From positions 1 to 64,000 of the forward strand of contig JAPEUI010000039.1 of NCBI GenBank assembly GCA_026025075.1: 64,000 nt of DNA. The letters are read 5' to 3'. A model generated the notes under the pieces. It did not search any database and was not told the DNA's origin. It was given only the letters and a program-made list of their open reading frames with translations. The stretch comes from Vezdaea acicularis. Its lineage: Eukaryota. Each line of letters begins with the position of its first letter. Position 1 is the first letter of the stretch. Below are positions 61,055 through 64,000 of this stretch, one piece after another. Position numbers and translations under genes: made by a program.

Positions 61055-64000
61055 ATGTCTGCGGCTCGGACGAGCTATTTTGCAGGGGGTGACTCTTGGA
61101 GGAGCGAAGATGGATTTAGTGAACGCAGCAGAGCAGACTCAACACATCGTGAACGCAGACCCCGCTCTCCCACATCCACTTCAAGGCGTGGTTATACTGC
61201 AGACAGGGACTCAAGGGCTCACGGGGGAGATCTGAATGACAGCATATATGCGTCCACTTCCAAAAACCATCATCGAGATAGAAGTAAAGACGGGCGTCGT
61301 CCGGAAGCGTTCTCTTCACTGGATACATCTCACACGGCAACATCTCGACAGGAGGACGCTTCTCTCCGGTCCAGAATATCTGCAGACGATCGGGTATCCT
61401 ATCGAACGAGAAATCGGCGTGATTCACCACCTTCTGTGAAAAGACGCCGGAGCCGTAGTCCCTCAATCTCTAGAGGTCATCGCAAAAGCAGACGTACACA
61501 AAGCCGAAGCCCGCAACGGTCTGCAGGTCTCAAATCTAGTAATCCAGAAAGCTATAGCAAGCGGCGCGACAGATCAAGGTCTCTGAGGAGATCGCCTGAG
61601 GCGAAATCACGATCAAGATATCATACAATGAGCGATCGGCGGTCACCGGAAGCTCAGGCTTCCTCACGTCGACATCGTTCGCGGTCACCATCTTCGAGGA
61701 AAGGACTGGCAAATTCTGACTCCCGCCAGCGCTCGCCTGCAGAACGTAGGAAAGAACCACAAAGCCGTCGAAATATCTCTCCGAATCGCCCGTCCCCTGC
61801 TTGGAGATACTCGTCTAGTCGTCGGCCATCATCTCCAAGGCTTTCAGAGCGTCGCGTGGATGACGATCGTCACGTCTCAACCAGTACACGTTCTGCGAGG
61901 CATACTACTGAAGCAAAGCGGAGGTCTCCAAAATCAGATAGAGTTTCTTCACCTGCCCATACGCAAAAACCAGCTTCATCTACTGAGACACTTCGAGATT
62001 CCTCAACTGTCCCTCGACTAGTTCATGGCCACGGTAAACCGCAAGGCTCAACACCCCCACAATCGAGTCATTGGCAACAGTCAAGAGATGTGCCGGAAAC
62101 CACTTCAAATAGATCTCCTCTCCGCTCTTCAGAAGTAAACGATGGGGATTTCGACCAGGGGAGACCCGATGTTTTATCAACACTTACTCGGACTAATAGC
62201 ACACGAAAAGAAGATCGACCACCTCCTTCGCCGCCACGACCGATACCGAGCTTTACTGAGCCTGAGGAACAAGCCTCAATTACTGCTGACGCTCGTTTGC
62301 GAGAAGCTTTTCCCTTACATGGCATGAAGGGGGGCGAAATAGAGCAGGCAGGTCAACGAAACAAGACTCGGCCACAATTAGAGGCTCGGCAGCCTTTCTC
62401 GAATCCACCGCAGTATGCAGGGTCAAACCCAGCAACACTTGGCTCGCCCCAAGGACAGCCTTCGTACCATGGTGGGAGAAATTGGGCGGTTCAAAGCCAG
62501 CCGTACCACGGCCAGCATGGGTAAACAGCTTCCCATATGAGTATACTGAATTATACTGACAAAAACTAGTCAATCTGGGCAGCAATACTCCCCATCCCAG
62601 ACATTCCGACCCAACCCATATCCTGCCTCGAGCTCATCACAAACCCAGTATTTTGCTGCCCCAAACTCTCATCACCATGTCTATTCACCCCCCAGTGCAA
62701 TGCAGTCGAACTATCCGAATCAGCAATTCCGAGGCAATCACATCACCGCGAATCAAGAACGTCGCTTTCAGACATTTTCTCAGCCACAACGTGGGCGTGG
62801 TGGTCATTTCACGAACTTGCACTGGAATGCACCTAACAATGGAAGAGGTATAGCTCGTGGGCAATACGATCATCAAACGATTGGCCTGCAGCAGCAAACT
62901 TCAGCTACACCAGTGCACCAGAACGACGTTCAAGGAAGCGTTGCAAGCCCAGCACTCGAAGGTGGCGAGAATGAAATCCTCCAAATACCGAAAAGCCTAC
63001 AAAGAGGGGATGAGAGCGCGAGAGGAGATGTGGTCGATTCTGATGCTAGAAGCATGCCCCCTCCCACACGGGCGCTTCTGTTCATGCCACAAGAGAAGAG
63101 TGGCTCTAAAGTTAGCTTTACGCTAAAAGCTAAAGCCACAGCGGCCTCTACGCCGAAAGGAGATCTTTCTCAAAAGCTGAGAGAGCCTTCAGCTCGTCGT
63201 GATCCTTTCCCTCCAAATAATGGAAACAAAAATAGAGAGGATGCTAGACCCGCAACATCAGAGGACGGTTCTATGTCAATTGAGAAACCTCGCAGGGAAC
63301 CCCGAAAGGAAAAGAAGACCGAGCGACGAATGATATCAAGGCCAACTCTACAGCAGGAATTCGCAGCATCAAGCTCTGTGTATTTTAGGAAGCCTGGGAA
63401 TGAGTCGGTAGTTGGCTCAGGGACTTATGGCAAAGTTTTTAAAGCGATTCATGTCTATACCAAAAACATGGTGGCGTTAAAGAAAATTCGCATGGAAGGG
63501 GAGCGAGACGGCGTAAGTATTCCAATTATGATATGCTACCACGTCCCTGATACTGACTGTTTTTAGTTCCCAGTGACTGCAGTTCGTGAAATCAAACTTC
63601 TGCAATCCTTGAAACATCACAACGTCGTAAGTCTTCAAGAGGTTATGGTAGAAAAAAACGATTGCTTCATGGTTTTTGAATACCTCTCGCACGACTTGAC
63701 GGGACTCCTGAATCATCCGACCTTCAAGCTTGAGGAAGCCCATAAAAAGCATCTTGCAAAGCAGCTGTTCGAAGGCCTTGAATATTTGCACCGTCGAGGA
63801 GTTCTCCACCGGGACATTAAAGCTGCAAACATCCTGGTTAGCAATGAAGGTCAGCTGAAACTGGCGGACTTCGGACTTGCCCGTTTTTTCGCAAAGAGGA
63901 GGCAGCTTGACTATACCAACCGTGTTATCACCATCTGGTATCGGTCTCCGGAGCTTTTACTCGGCGAGACGCAATACGGTCCTGCGGTCGATATCTGGAG
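61055..64000 (+). CDS. CTK1: RNA polymerase II CTD kinase catalytic subunit (Ctk1/Lsk1/CDK12-like), 3'-truncated by window
   Basis: Long Arg/Ser-rich N-terminus; VGSGTYGKVFKA, spliced DGFPVTAVREIK, HRDIKAANIL, DFGLAR, DYTNRVITIWYR. Confidence 0.9.

Overview
Eukaryotic, intron-rich fungal DNA (Pezizomycotina-type ascomycete, inferred from gene set and intron style). Two compact blocks of housekeeping genes flank a ~19 kb accessory/transposon island. Left block (0.3-28.5 kb): CFD1, SHP1, MIM1, OXA1, TAF11, SPE2, a PhoD-like phosphatase, a hypothetical protein, HID1/ECM30, DLD2, PRE6, a CHY zinc-finger protein and a WD40 inositol 5-phosphatase. Right block (48-64 kb): SPC3, XRN1, HAT2, FOL2, an F-box-like gene with an in-frame TAG, and CTK1 (runs off the window). 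The island (~28.5-47.5 kb) holds a FunK1 kinase pseudogene split by a DD34E Tc1 element that itself carries two solo LTRs; an unusual Tc1-like (~DD38E) element with CAC...GTG ends and two similarly ended MITEs flanked by 5-bp (not TA) duplications; one intact 742-aa gene of unknown function; about eleven solo LTRs or LTR fragments; a LINE remnant; and a decayed second Tc1 copy. Best leads: an AUG-less upstream ORF ending Pro-Ser-stop upstream of SPE2, and the CAC-ended, 5-bp-TSD Tc1-like/MITE set. All calls are from reading the sequence by eye; no database searches were run.
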